A stretch of 39,205 bases of DNA from a virus (IMGVR_UViG_3300010398_000019:1-39205), one strand, 5' to 3'. Shown: positions 17,688 to 26,026, numbered from the stretch's first letter. Translations and numbers: made by a program. The notes: generated by a model from the sequence alone, not told the origin.

Positions 17688-18262
17688 CGAGCGGTAACCG
17701 CCGTCATGACCTGCCGGACGACGTCGAAGAGGTCTTCCGCGTCGGCCGCATGGTCGAGCGCGGCGAGATGGAACGCCGGCCAGTCGCCCGGGTCGTAGGA
17801 CGCGCAGGACTCCGGGTCCGGCGTTACGAAGCTCCGGCATGGTTCGCAGAGCCCGCAGCGGTTACCGTCTTCGTCCGGGTCTTCGCACGGCCCGCCTTCG
17901 GTCCCGCGGCAGGTCTCACACCGCCGGCATGGCGGAGCGAGGATAAAGCAGCGCCACAGTAGTTCGCGCATCGCGTCGAGCGCGGCCGGGTCTTCGGTGT
18001 TCGAGCCCTTGTTCGCCTCGTGCGCGAAGTCGAGTAGAGGCATGTAGCCGATCTTCGGCGCGAGCCGGTACTTCTGCCCGTAGAAGCTGATCGCGTCGCC
18101 GATCTCGACGCCTTCGTACCGAGCCTGAGCTTCCCGCTCGGCGTCTTCGACGACGTCGGCGAGCGGGACCGCGGCTTCGCGTTCGAGGTCGCGGACCTCG
18201 CCGGGATCGGCCCGGCCGCGCCCGTTCGGAGACGTGCGAGGTCCCGCCTTCTTCGTTGTCAT
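17555..18262 (-). CDS. Tail assembly chaperone (gpG-like) with Cys-rich insertion
   Basis: Between major tail and tape measure; FYGQKYRLAPKIGYMPLLDFA, W..F, ARPT followed by a low-complexity tail. Confidence 0.8.
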   Translation of the reverse strand: MTTKKAGPRTSPNGRGRADPGEVRDLEREAAVPLADVVEDAEREAQARYEGVEIGDAISFYGQKYRLAPKIGYMPLLDFAHEANKGSNTEDPAALDAMRELLWRCFILAPPCRRCETCRGTEGGPCEDPDEDGNRCGLCEPCRSFVTPDPESCASYDPGDWPAFHLAALDHAADAEDLFDVVRQVMTAVTARPTRRRSGSQQPAPNGSPRSKERSSSRRAPPGAEDLVTIDELVR

Positions 18263-18272
18263 GGTTCCCGCC

Positions 18273-18854
18273 CTAGCCGCGGATCGTGCCGGCGGTGAAG
18301 TACTGGAATGGGAACCCGGACGCGGCGACCTCGCCGCGGAACTCGACGGGCAGGGTCGCGTTGTCGGCGCCCTTCTTCCGGTTAACCGCGAGCGCGCCGA
18401 TCTGGAAAGCCTGTTCCATAACGAGACGCTCGGTCCCGTCGTTGCCTTCCCAGCCGATCATGCAGCGGATCTCCGACCCGGGCGCGGGCGGCGTATAGGT
18501 CGAGAGCAGCGTCGTCCCGGAGCCGGTCGTCGTCAGCGACCCGCCGTTAAGGACCCGGCGCATGTTCGTTGCGTGGATCTGCTGTAGCTCGAACTTCATC
18601 CCGGCGGTACGCCCGGTCGTGACGTACTGGAGCGGGTCGAGGTATTCGGCGGCTTCGATCTGATCGACCGACAGTTCGTAGTCGAACTCGTGTCCCTCCT
18701 TCGTGACGCCGAGCAGGGCGTAGCCGCCCGGCCATGAGTCCGTGAAGACCGAGCCGACGACGGTGTTCGCCGGGAGCCCGGTGCCGAGCGCGGCGTAGAA
18801 GAGATATCCCGCGCCGAGCGAGAGCGCGTTCTTCGGGACGGTAACAGCGGGCAT
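18273..18854 (-). CDS. Major tail (tube) protein
   Basis: LGAGYLFYAALGT.LP, LGVTKEG, FELQQ, LPVEF; RBS GAAGGGG; canonical position. Confidence 0.88.
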   Translation of the reverse strand: MPAVTVPKNALSLGAGYLFYAALGTGLPANTVVGSVFTDSWPGGYALLGVTKEGHEFDYELSVDQIEAAEYLDPLQYVTTGRTAGMKFELQQIHATNMRRVLNGGSLTTTGSGTTLLSTYTPPAPGSEIRCMIGWEGNDGTERLVMEQAFQIGALAVNRKKGADNATLPVEFRGEVAASGFPFQYFTAGTIRG

Positions 18855-18888
18855 CGGATCCCCTTCGGGTCATGGGCGGGCAGTATCC

Positions 18889-19163
18889 AGCCGACGTAGC
18901 TCGGCTCTCGACCGCGGTAGCGGCCGGGCTTAGGGTGGACTCCGGTCCCTAGGCGGGAAACCGGTCGTCCGGGCTCGCGAGGTAACGGGCGGCGAGCGAA
19001 CGCCGAAGGTACGGCGGGCCGAGTACGTACGGCGGAGATATCCGCCGATCACTCGTATTGCGGCCAGCTTGGTAAGCGCGGAGCACGCCCGCCCGCCGTA
19101 CGGCCCGCGCACGGTGAACGGGCAGCCCGGCTCCGGCCGGGACGGCGGAGGTCAGTAGCGACC
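18889..19163 (+). ncRNA. Candidate structured non-coding RNA, antisense to the late operon
   Basis: 316-nt gap without a credible ORF; 11-bp perfect helix 19009-19019/19091-19101 enclosing nested stems; two cUCCGg and one GAAA tetraloop on the plus strand. Confidence 0.5.
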
Positions 19164-19170
19164 TAGGGAC

Positions 19171-19524
19171 CTAGGGGATACCTAGGATTTTGACGCAGCG
19201 GAACTCGATGTAAAGCCGGGTCGCGGTCTGCCGTTCGTCGATCCGCGTCCGGCGGATCGTCCCTAGGAACCGGCAGAGGTCCGCGCTCGCCCGGTCCGCT
19301 ATCCGGTGCGCCTCTTCCGCGTGCTGTGCCGCGGCTTCCGCCTTAACCGCCGCGGCGTTCGCCCGGCGGATCGCGTCGTCGGCCGCGGCCGACGTCCGGG
19401 TAATCGAGATCGCGAGCGCCGCGACGCCGACGATCAGCGCGGCCGCCGAGATCGTCAGGATCAGCCGGAACCGGCGGCGGGACCGGCGGAGCGCGGCGAG
19501 TCTCTCTTCGGCGGTCTCAGCCAT
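19171..19524 (-). CDS. Single-TM membrane protein with coiled coil and two C-terminal Cys
   Basis: ATG at 19524; RRSRRRFR then a 20-residue hydrophobic helix, Ala-rich coil, LC...RC. Confidence 0.75.
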   Translation of the reverse strand: MAETAEERLAALRRSRRRFRLILTISAAALIVGVAALAISITRTSAAADDAIRRANAAAVKAEAAAQHAEEAHRIADRASADLCRFLGTIRRTRIDERQTATRLYIEFRCVKILGIP

Positions 19525-19729
19525 GAGACCGGAGCCGTTCGTTCTCGGCCCGGCATTCGGCGAGTTGGCGCCGGAGTTCATCGCGCTCTTCCTGTAGCTG
19601 ATCGACTAGAAGCGACATGCCGGTGACGTCGGCGAGATGCGCGGGAGCCCGGCCGGTCCGCAGCACGCCGTAGAGCGTTAGAAGCGCGGCGAGCGAGATG
19701 CCCGCGAAGCCGAGTAGCGCTCCCAGCAC
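19517..19729 (-). CDS. Small single-TM coiled-coil membrane protein
   Basis: GGGGAG RBS; N-terminal TM, then LVDQLQEERDELRRQLAECRAENERLR. Confidence 0.75.
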   Translation of the reverse strand: MLGALLGFAGISLAALLTLYGVLRTGRAPAHLADVTGMSLLVDQLQEERDELRRQLAECRAENERLRSHG

Positions 19730-19790
19730 GGTACTCCCCCAAGTCGGACTAGCTCGATAGGATCACGTTGGGACGAAGCGGGGGATAACC

Positions 19791-20078
19791 GTGAAACATG
19801 CGCTACTGCTCGTCGCCGCGTTCGGGATCCTATGGCTCGCCGTCTCGCTCCTAGTCGGCCCGTTCGTCGGCGCGCTACTCGCCCGGGCGGCCGCCGAGCA
19901 GACGAGCCCGGTCCGCGGCGACAATGCGAAGTTCGTCGGCGGCGACTTCGACGGCTGGCGCGCCTACGTCGAACCCGGCGGGATCCTCCCGGACGGTTAT
20001 ACGTATATCGGGATCGACTCCGACGACGGGCTCCGCGTATATACGCATACGCCGCCCGGATATGCGTATAGCGGCTAG
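19791..20078 (+). CDS. Opposite-strand membrane-anchored hypothetical protein (moron-like)
   Basis: N-terminal hydrophobic helix, FVGGDFDG motif; upstream TAGGAT and GGGGGA. Confidence 0.6.
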   Translation: MKHALLLVAAFGILWLAVSLLVGPFVGALLARAAAEQTSPVRGDNAKFVGGDFDGWRAYVEPGGILPDGYTYIGIDSDDGLRVYTHTPPGYAYSG

Positions 20079-20446
20079 CCGCGGGCTTCGATATGCCGGA
20101 TGTCGCGGAGCGCCGGCCGTAGCGACCGGTGCGCCCGCCGGTCCCGGACCTTCCGCCCTTCGTGGACTATCGGATACGGGAAGCCCGTCTTCGGATTCCG
20201 GGCGGGCGACTCGACGGCGGTAAACAGTCCCTCGTCGTCGCGGTCAACGCGGAACGTAATCTCGTCCGCCATGCGCCCGGACCGGCGGAGCGCCCGCCGC
20301 TGCGCGCCCTTGACGACTAGCTCGCCGACCTTCGTCATCAACGTCCGGCCGAGTTCGCCGTCCGGCTCTTCTAGGAACTGCCGGACCTCCGCCTCGTTCC
20401 ATTCGAGGATCACCGGCCCGCGGGAGACGACCCGGCGGCGTCCCAC
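20075..20446 (-). CDS. HK97 gp10-like tail-completion/neck protein
   Basis: AQRRALRRSGRMADEI...YPIVHEG...SLRPAL resembles the gp10 pattern (P.RTG.L..SI, Y..VH.G, FLRPAL). Confidence 0.7.
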   Translation of the reverse strand: MGRRRVVSRGPVILEWNEAEVRQFLEEPDGELGRTLMTKVGELVVKGAQRRALRRSGRMADEITFRVDRDDEGLFTAVESPARNPKTGFPYPIVHEGRKVRDRRAHRSLRPALRDIRHIEARG

Positions 20447-20453
20447 GACGCGC

Positions 20454-20750
20454 CTACTTCCCGCCGAGCGCGATCAAGTCGGTCCGCGACATGTCCGCCG
20501 CTTCCGCCTCGGATACCTTCCCGAGCGAGACGACGTACGCCGCCCACGAAGCCTGACTCGCGTTCAGCGCCGGCCGCGGGATCTCGGCGCCCGGGCGGGC
20601 GGCGACGTCGGTCCCGACCGCGAGCCACGCGCCGTCGCCTTCGACGGCCGATTCGTGTACGAGCTCACCTTCGCGGTAGGCGAAGGCGACCGTATCGCCG
20701 GGCGCCGGTATGTCGCGGATCGCCGTGTACTTCATCCCGGGTGATTCCAC
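20454..20750 (-). CDS. Small protein with C-terminal helix-extension-helix (Rho-N/HeH-like) motif
   Basis: AAGGAG RBS; RPALNASQASWAAYVVSLG...ADMSRTDLIA. Confidence 0.7.
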   Translation of the reverse strand: MESPGMKYTAIRDIPAPGDTVAFAYREGELVHESAVEGDGAWLAVGTDVAARPGAEIPRPALNASQASWAAYVVSLGKVSEAEAADMSRTDLIALGGK

Positions 20751-20760
20751 CGGTCGCTCC

Positions 20761-21144
20761 TTATCCGTTAGCCGGGTTCGGGTAGTAGGGCGAGAGCCCG
20801 CCGCCGTGCCCGGGCGCGAAGATCCGCTTCCCGGCGACGGTGAACCCTTCCATAAGTTCGTGCCGGTCTACTAGCGCGACCTGCTCGAAGAGCCACCGCG
20901 CCCACGTCTCCCGGTTATACGACTCCGGCGGAACCCATAGGTAGTGGGTGACGGTGTACGGCTTCGCCGGGTCGAAGGCGTCTACGGTCTCGACCGTGAC
21001 GATCAGGGTTAGCCCTTCGGCTCCGGCGTGCCGCCCGCAGTGTTCGAGCCGGAAGGACCACTTCCGGAGATCATGAACTTTTAGCTCGGCGACGAGCGCG
21101 GCGAGGTCGTCCGGGTAGGGAGCTACCTGCCGCATGAGCGCCAC
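20761..21144 (-). CDS. Phage hypothetical protein
   Basis: WARWLFEQ...RHELMEGF...RIFAPGH; lies within the operon. Confidence 0.75.
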   Translation of the reverse strand: MALMRQVAPYPDDLAALVAELKVHDLRKWSFRLEHCGRHAGAEGLTLIVTVETVDAFDPAKPYTVTHYLWVPPESYNRETWARWLFEQVALVDRHELMEGFTVAGKRIFAPGHGGGLSPYYPNPANG

Positions 21145-21148
21145 GGGT

Positions 21149-21487
21149 CTACGCGCCGAGTACGAAGAACTTGACCTCCGACGCGGTCCCGTCGATCGTC
21201 AGCGCGCATAGCCCGTTAGCGTCGCCGAACTCGGCCGGAACTCGCACGGGGAGCCACTGTCCCGCGGTGATCGCTACGCGGCGCTTCCCGGGCGTCGCCG
21301 CCGACCCGGGCGAGAGGCCGTGGTACGTCGCATTGATCGTGATATCGACGTTATGCGCGCCCGCGCCCGTGTTCTGGAGCAGCAGTAGCGACCCGGCGGT
21401 TACGGCGTCGGCCGACGCGGTCCCGCTTCGGAGAGTCGCCGCGGTCGTACCCGCTTCGGTGACGAGATCGGGCGTGTAGTTGGTCAT
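21149..21487 (-). CDS. Small beta-sandwich virion protein
   Basis: GAAGGA RBS; Thr/Ala/Gly-rich with LLLQNTG...VDITI...VAITAG pattern. Confidence 0.7.
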   Translation of the reverse strand: MTNYTPDLVTEAGTTAATLRSGTASADAVTAGSLLLLQNTGAGAHNVDITINATYHGLSPGSAATPGKRRVAITAGQWLPVRVPAEFGDANGLCALTIDGTASEVKFFVLGA

Positions 21488-21500
21488 CCTTCTTCCCCTT

Positions 21501-22343
21501 CTAGGCGAACCCGGGTATCCGGTCGCTTTCGAGATATTCGAGCGCCCGGCCCGGGATCCGGTAGCTCGGGAGCGCTGCCTCGAACCCGGCGAGGTCGCCT
21601 AGCTCCGGGATATCCGAGTCGCCCGCTTGGTTCCGGTACGGCGCGAAGAGGTCCCAGAGGATCTCTTTCACGCCGGAGACGAGGTGCTCTTCGATAAGCA
21701 GCCGCCCGCCGACGTAGTCGATCCGCCACGGCCCGCCCCAGAAGGCGATCCGGTTAAGCGGGTAGACCGTCCCCGCTTCCGGGAAGACGTCGTAGTCGGC
21801 CGGGTTCCACACCGGCCCGCCGGTCGCCGTATAGATCGAACGGATCTGCGAGACCGACGTCTTCGACAGAACCGGCGGTCGCGGAACCCGGATAACCTCC
21901 CGGACGTAACCCGGGACGAACTCGTCGGTAATCGTCCGCGGGACGATCACCCCGACGACCGACTCGGCGAGCCTGGTCGCCGCCGCCATCATGCCGCGGA
22001 GCTTCTGATCGGTCAGCGTCGAGACCGCGCCGACGTACTCGCGGGCGTCGGCGAGCGAGAGGACGGAGACGAACGGCAGGACGTTCTGATAGTCGGTCGT
22101 CGCGACGCCCGGGACCTGGGTTACCCAGTCGAACCGGTAGAGCCCGGCCGTATCGAGCAACTTGTCGTAGGTGTACTTCCCCGTGCTCGGGTTCTGGATC
22201 GTCGGCAGCGAGAGGACGTCCGGCGCGACCGCCGAGCCGACCCGGGTAATCGTAAGCGTGACCGTGGTCGCGTTCGCTAGCTGCCCGGCCGAGTTCCGGA
22301 CTTCGACCGCGGCGGTATGAACCTGCCCGACGTCGTAGCTCAA
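21501..22343 (-). CDS. Head-to-tail adaptor (gp6-like) with N-terminal Ig-like domain
   Basis: N-terminal YDVG...VTLTIT...TGKYTY...GLYRFDW; then VLSLADAREY...AATRLAES...PRTIT...IDYVGG. Confidence 0.8.
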   Translation of the reverse strand: MSYDVGQVHTAAVEVRNSAGQLANATTVTLTITRVGSAVAPDVLSLPTIQNPSTGKYTYDKLLDTAGLYRFDWVTQVPGVATTDYQNVLPFVSVLSLADAREYVGAVSTLTDQKLRGMMAAATRLAESVVGVIVPRTITDEFVPGYVREVIRVPRPPVLSKTSVSQIRSIYTATGGPVWNPADYDVFPEAGTVYPLNRIAFWGGPWRIDYVGGRLLIEEHLVSGVKEILWDLFAPYRNQAGDSDIPELGDLAGFEAALPSYRIPGRALEYLESDRIPGFA

Positions 22344-24332
22344 CTAGACCACCCTTCCGCTTCCCGCCGACGCGCTCTCGTCGGCTGCGCTCGCGCTCGT
22401 CCCGCCCGGCCGCCCGGCCGCGCTCGACCCGGCCGGGATCCCTTCCGCCGACTCGTCTCCGAGACGTAGCGACGGGAACGGCGACGGGACAGACAGCGCC
22501 ACCGTCCCCGCCACTACCGCGGACCGGATATCGACGGTCGGGCTCCCGGCGGTACCGGCCGCTACTGCGGCCGGCGCGTTCACAGCGAGTCCGGCCGTTG
22601 GCGGGTTTGCCGTACCCGTCCCGGCCGCGATCCCCGCGACGACGACCCGTACGAAGAGAACGGTCGCCGGGTAGGCGGTCCCGGTCCCGGCCGCGGGGTT
22701 GGACGGCCGGGCCGAGATCCCTACTAGCGGGGTAGGAGCCGCCCCGGCTCCGGCCGCACTCGGAGCCGATGCGGCGACCTTTATCGACGGCGCGAGCGCC
22801 GACCCGGTCCCGGCGGCGAGCCCGGCCGGCGCGTTCGTCTGAGTTACCGTCGAGATCGTCGGCTGTAGAGCCGCCCCGGTCCCGGCCGCGGCGGGCGGGA
22901 AGACGATCACCGATGGCATCGGCGTAGGAGCCGACCCGGTCCCGGCGGCGTTCCCGGCGTTCGGGGCGACGAGCGCCGAAGGCTGCGGCGCGGACCCGGT
23001 TCCCGCGGCGAGCCCGGCGTTAACGCGGACCGACGCGGCCGGGGTAGGAGCCGAACCGGTCCCGGCCGCGGCCGGCGGGAAGACGGAGATCGCCGTCGAA
23101 GGCTGGTTAGCGGTCCCGGTTCCGAGCGCGTTCCCGGCGGGAGCGTTCGTCGCGTTCGCCGTCGAGACTGTCGGCTGCGGCGCGGATCCGGTCCCGGCGG
23201 CTAGGCCGGCGAAGGCGAAGACCGCGGCTATCGGCGCGGGAGCCGAGCCCGTCCCGAGCGCGTTCCCCGCGTTCGGAGCTATCGCCGTCGAAGGAGCCGG
23301 AGCCGCCCCGGTCCCGGTCGCGGCCGGAGCCTGCGGCCGGACGTTCGCGACCGGTTGCGGAGCCGCCCCGGTTCCGGCCGGGAGACCCGAGTTCGCCGCG
23401 ACGATTACCGAAGGCTGCGGAGCCGACCCGGTCCCGAGAGCGTTATCGGCCGGGGCGGACGTCCCGGCCGATACCGGGATATCGACGACCGGGACCGAAC
23501 GCCACGCCCACGGCCGGAGGACCGCCATCGGCGACTGCAACCCGGGCGGGACCGGCAGCGGCGGTGGCTGATCCGGCGGAGCTTCGGCCGGCGCGACGTC
23601 GAGCAGGTACGGGCGGGCGAACGCCTGTAGCGCCTGCGGCGACTGGCGCCCCGGCGGGAACGCCGGCGGCGCCGGCGGTATATCGAGCGCTACGCCCGGC
23701 TGTACCTCTACCGCGATAATCGCCCACGAACCCGAGTTCGAGAGCGTCCATGTATTGGTATCGGTACCGCCCGATGACGCCGCCGACGATCCGGCCGTGT
23801 TCCCCGCCGCTTGCGCGTTATCGCCCGGGTTGACGTTAAACCGGGACGTCCCGGCCGTAGAGGTAAGCGGCCAGGACGCGGTACAGAACGCGGCGACCAT
23901 GTTGCCGCTGACCGTGCCGGTGAACCCGAGCGACGCCGACGTTCCCGAGCCTCCGGCCGCGGTCTGCGGAGCCGAAGACTGCCCGCCGCCTGCGTAGGAG
24001 ATCGACCCGCCGTTAAGCCCGTTCGGGCCGCCCGGAGTGCTCGGCGTGACGACGACGTTAAGCGCCGACCCGGTCGGCGGGTTCTTCAGTTCCCAGACCT
24101 GCAGGAACCCGGCGGTCCCGTTCCCGGAGTGCTTAACCCCTAGCGACGTCATGCTCACGCCGTTATAGGTCGCGGTCGCCGTATAGCCGGTGTCCGGATT
24201 AACGTCGATCGAGCAGCCGACGAGAAGGTACGTATCGCCCGCCGCGCACGTATGCGACCACGTAAGCGCATTCCCGGTCGAGTTGGTAGCGCCCGCGGCG
24301 GACGGCCCGACCGCGCCGAAGGTGACCGCCAC
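22344..24332 (-). CDS. Putative head/collar fibre: N-terminal beta domain, Pro-rich hinge, repeat shaft
   Basis: TWSHT...TYNGVSMT...LKNPPTG domain; about 14-15 copies of a ~22 aa AxGTGxAPxPxV repeat. Confidence 0.7.
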   Translation of the reverse strand: MAVTFGAVGPSAAGATNSTGNALTWSHTCAAGDTYLLVGCSIDVNPDTGYTATATYNGVSMTSLGVKHSGNGTAGFLQVWELKNPPTGSALNVVVTPSTPGGPNGLNGGSISYAGGGQSSAPQTAAGGSGTSASLGFTGTVSGNMVAAFCTASWPLTSTAGTSRFNVNPGDNAQAAGNTAGSSAASSGGTDTNTWTLSNSGSWAIIAVEVQPGVALDIPPAPPAFPPGRQSPQALQAFARPYLLDVAPAEAPPDQPPPLPVPPGLQSPMAVLRPWAWRSVPVVDIPVSAGTSAPADNALGTGSAPQPSVIVAANSGLPAGTGAAPQPVANVRPQAPAATGTGAAPAPSTAIAPNAGNALGTGSAPAPIAAVFAFAGLAAGTGSAPQPTVSTANATNAPAGNALGTGTANQPSTAISVFPPAAAGTGSAPTPAASVRVNAGLAAGTGSAPQPSALVAPNAGNAAGTGSAPTPMPSVIVFPPAAAGTGAALQPTISTVTQTNAPAGLAAGTGSALAPSIKVAASAPSAAGAGAAPTPLVGISARPSNPAAGTGTAYPATVLFVRVVVAGIAAGTGTANPPTAGLAVNAPAAVAAGTAGSPTVDIRSAVVAGTVALSVPSPFPSLRLGDESAEGIPAGSSAAGRPGGTSASAADESASAGSGRVV
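22530..23460 (-). repeat. Degenerate coding tandem repeat (~66 bp unit)
   Basis: Recurring plus-strand CCGGTCCCGGC / CCGGTTCC encoding A-G-T-G on the minus strand. Confidence 0.8.
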
Positions 24333-24347
24333 AAGTACCTCCGCGGG

Positions 24348-24719
24348 CTAGGTAAGGGTTAGGCTCCCCCGGACCGCGACCGGCGCCCCGGCGACGGTAA
24401 GCGTTGCCCGTACCTGCCGGCCCGTCCCTGGCGCTAGGTCCACCCAGACGGTAGAGGTATTAGTGTCGGTTCCCTTGCCGGAGTAGACGCCGCCGACGAT
24501 CATCTCGGACGCCTTCTCGAACCATGAGCCGCCGCCGTCGTTCGACTGCTCGACCGCGATCTTCATCGTCGTCGTAGCGGGCTGCGCGTTAAAGCCGTTC
24601 GCCGGAGTCCGGTCGATCGCTAGCTCGGCTTCGCTATCGAAGTCGGCGAGAGCCGCCGGGCCGAAGTTCCGCGTCCCGACCGGGAGCGTAACGAGCGGGA
24701 TAGTCACCGAGCCTGGCAT
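24348..24719 (-). CDS. Putative beta-rich virion protein
   Basis: EQSNDGGGSWF (Asp-box-like), VRATLTVAG; tightly packed in the operon. Confidence 0.65.
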   Translation of the reverse strand: MPGSVTIPLVTLPVGTRNFGPAALADFDSEAELAIDRTPANGFNAQPATTTMKIAVEQSNDGGGSWFEKASEMIVGGVYSGKGTDTNTSTVWVDLAPGTGRQVRATLTVAGAPVAVRGSLTLT

Positions 24720-24723
24720 TGGC

Positions 24724-25275
24724 TCAGTTCCAAGACGTAACGATGAACGTCTGGCAGGTGATCGCGCCGAACGCCGCCGAGAGAGTCGCGGCGAGTTGGA
24801 GCGTAACGTTCGCCGTGTTATCGACCGCGGCGGACGTCATCGGAAGGTCGAGTACTCCGGCGTTAGCCGTCGTGAACGACGGAGCCGCCGTATTCGCGTA
24901 GAGAAGCGTCCCCTCGGTCTCTAGCGTGTTCCCGGTCGAAGCGATAGCTAGACAACGGATCCGCGCCCACATGTGCCACGGCGCGTTCGTGATCGACCCG
25001 GTCCCGAGCGCCATCGCCGGGGTAGTCGAGAGCGTCGTCGGCGTAGACGTCCGGAGTAGGACGGTTAGGTTCGACGCGGTACCGCCGGATGATAGCTGCC
25101 CGGACGCGAAGACCTTGATCGTCTTATTGATCCGCCACTCGGACGGCGGGATAACGTAGTCCTTCGCGCTCGTAAGCTGCGGCGAGATGACCGCCGTCGT
25201 CGCCGTATTAAGCGTCGTCCCGGCGCCGATCTGCCACTGATCGTTAAGGAGCGACACCCATCCCTGAGACGACAT
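24724..25275 (-). CDS. Putative beta-rich virion protein
   Basis: GGAGG RBS; Thr/Ser/Ala-rich, predicted all-beta. Confidence 0.65.
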   Translation of the reverse strand: MSSQGWVSLLNDQWQIGAGTTLNTATTAVISPQLTSAKDYVIPPSEWRINKTIKVFASGQLSSGGTASNLTVLLRTSTPTTLSTTPAMALGTGSITNAPWHMWARIRCLAIASTGNTLETEGTLLYANTAAPSFTTANAGVLDLPMTSAAVDNTANVTLQLAATLSAAFGAITCQTFIVTSWN

Positions 25276-25524
25276 CTAGACCTCCCGCATCGCGTCGGCT
25301 AGGGCGAGCCCGGGTAGCTTCCCGGCTTCTTCGCGGATCTTGTCGGCGACCTGGAGCGCGTTTCCCTTACGCAAGAACACGGTTAGCGTCGTCGAGTTCG
25401 TCCGGATCGTAAAGACGACCCGCGGACCGACCGGAGTCTCGACCGATTGGGTCGTAATCTGGCAGCCGGCCTCTTGGAGTAGCGAGTTCGCGGGATCCCA
25501 TGGCGCCCGGGTTAGCTCGGTCAT
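25276..25524 (-). CDS. Hypothetical protein (82 aa)
   Basis: ATGA-coupled; TIRTNSTTLTVFL. Confidence 0.65.
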   Translation of the reverse strand: MTELTRAPWDPANSLLQEAGCQITTQSVETPVGPRVVFTIRTNSTTLTVFLRKGNALQVADKIREEAGKLPGLALADAMREV

Positions 25525-26021
25525 GCCTGCGTAACCGTGATCCGCCAGATGCCGTTAACGTGCCAGACGACCGTGAACTGGCCATTTGTAACGCTCTGGG
25601 TCCCGCCGAAGTAGTTGTAGCAGATCCCGCAGTCGGCGACCGGAGTCGTAATCGTATCGTCGTAGACGAGGCAGCCGAAGACCGACGCGAGCGTCGCCGC
25701 GGTCCCGGACGCCGTATCGGCCGCGTCGTACCAGACGTTATCGGCGGTATCCGCGCCGTGCATCGCGATCGACGAGAGCGCGATCCCGCCCTGCGCCCAC
25801 TGCCCGGCCTGGAAGACCTCATTCGACGTATTGACCCACTGACCGCCCGCGCCGTTATAGGCGTTGTGGGCGGACGTGTCGTCGTTATCCGGGGTGATCG
25901 AGTTGTTGTAGAGCGCGACCTTCGGGACGTCCGCGCTCGACTGGCTCAGGTCTACCGCGGTCGTGTTCTCGATGACGTCGTCTACGAGCGACCGGAAGAT
26001 CGAAGATCCCGCCCATGCCAT
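25521..26021 (-). CDS. Phage virion structural protein (KVALY...GG..L...YDAAD...FGG...FTVVW type)
   Basis: AAGGAG RBS; motif series recognised from small phage fibre-associated structural proteins. Confidence 0.7.
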   Translation of the reverse strand: MAWAGSSIFRSLVDDVIENTTAVDLSQSSADVPKVALYNNSITPDNDDTSAHNAYNGAGGQWVNTSNEVFQAGQWAQGGIALSSIAMHGADTADNVWYDAADTASGTAATLASVFGCLVYDDTITTPVADCGICYNYFGGTQSVTNGQFTVVWHVNGIWRITVTQA

Positions 26022-26026
26022 CGGCC

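Noticed and set aside
18930-19112. 60 aa minus-strand ORF in the tail-region gap as a possible tail terminator
   Set aside because: Too short, no RBS, no resemblance to terminator proteins
18889-19163. Assignment of the structured region to tRNA, tmRNA, RNase P, c-di-AMP riboswitch, hammerhead or group II intron
   Set aside because: I could not find the diagnostic motifs (T-loop GTTCRA, GAGGAAAGTCC, CTGANGA...GAAA, domain V); GGCGAGCGAA resembles a 23S rRNA stretch but is too short to mean anything
22530-23460. Periodic DNA repeats as a CRISPR array
   Set aside because: The repeats are degenerate, in frame and encode a protein repeat; no cas genes present
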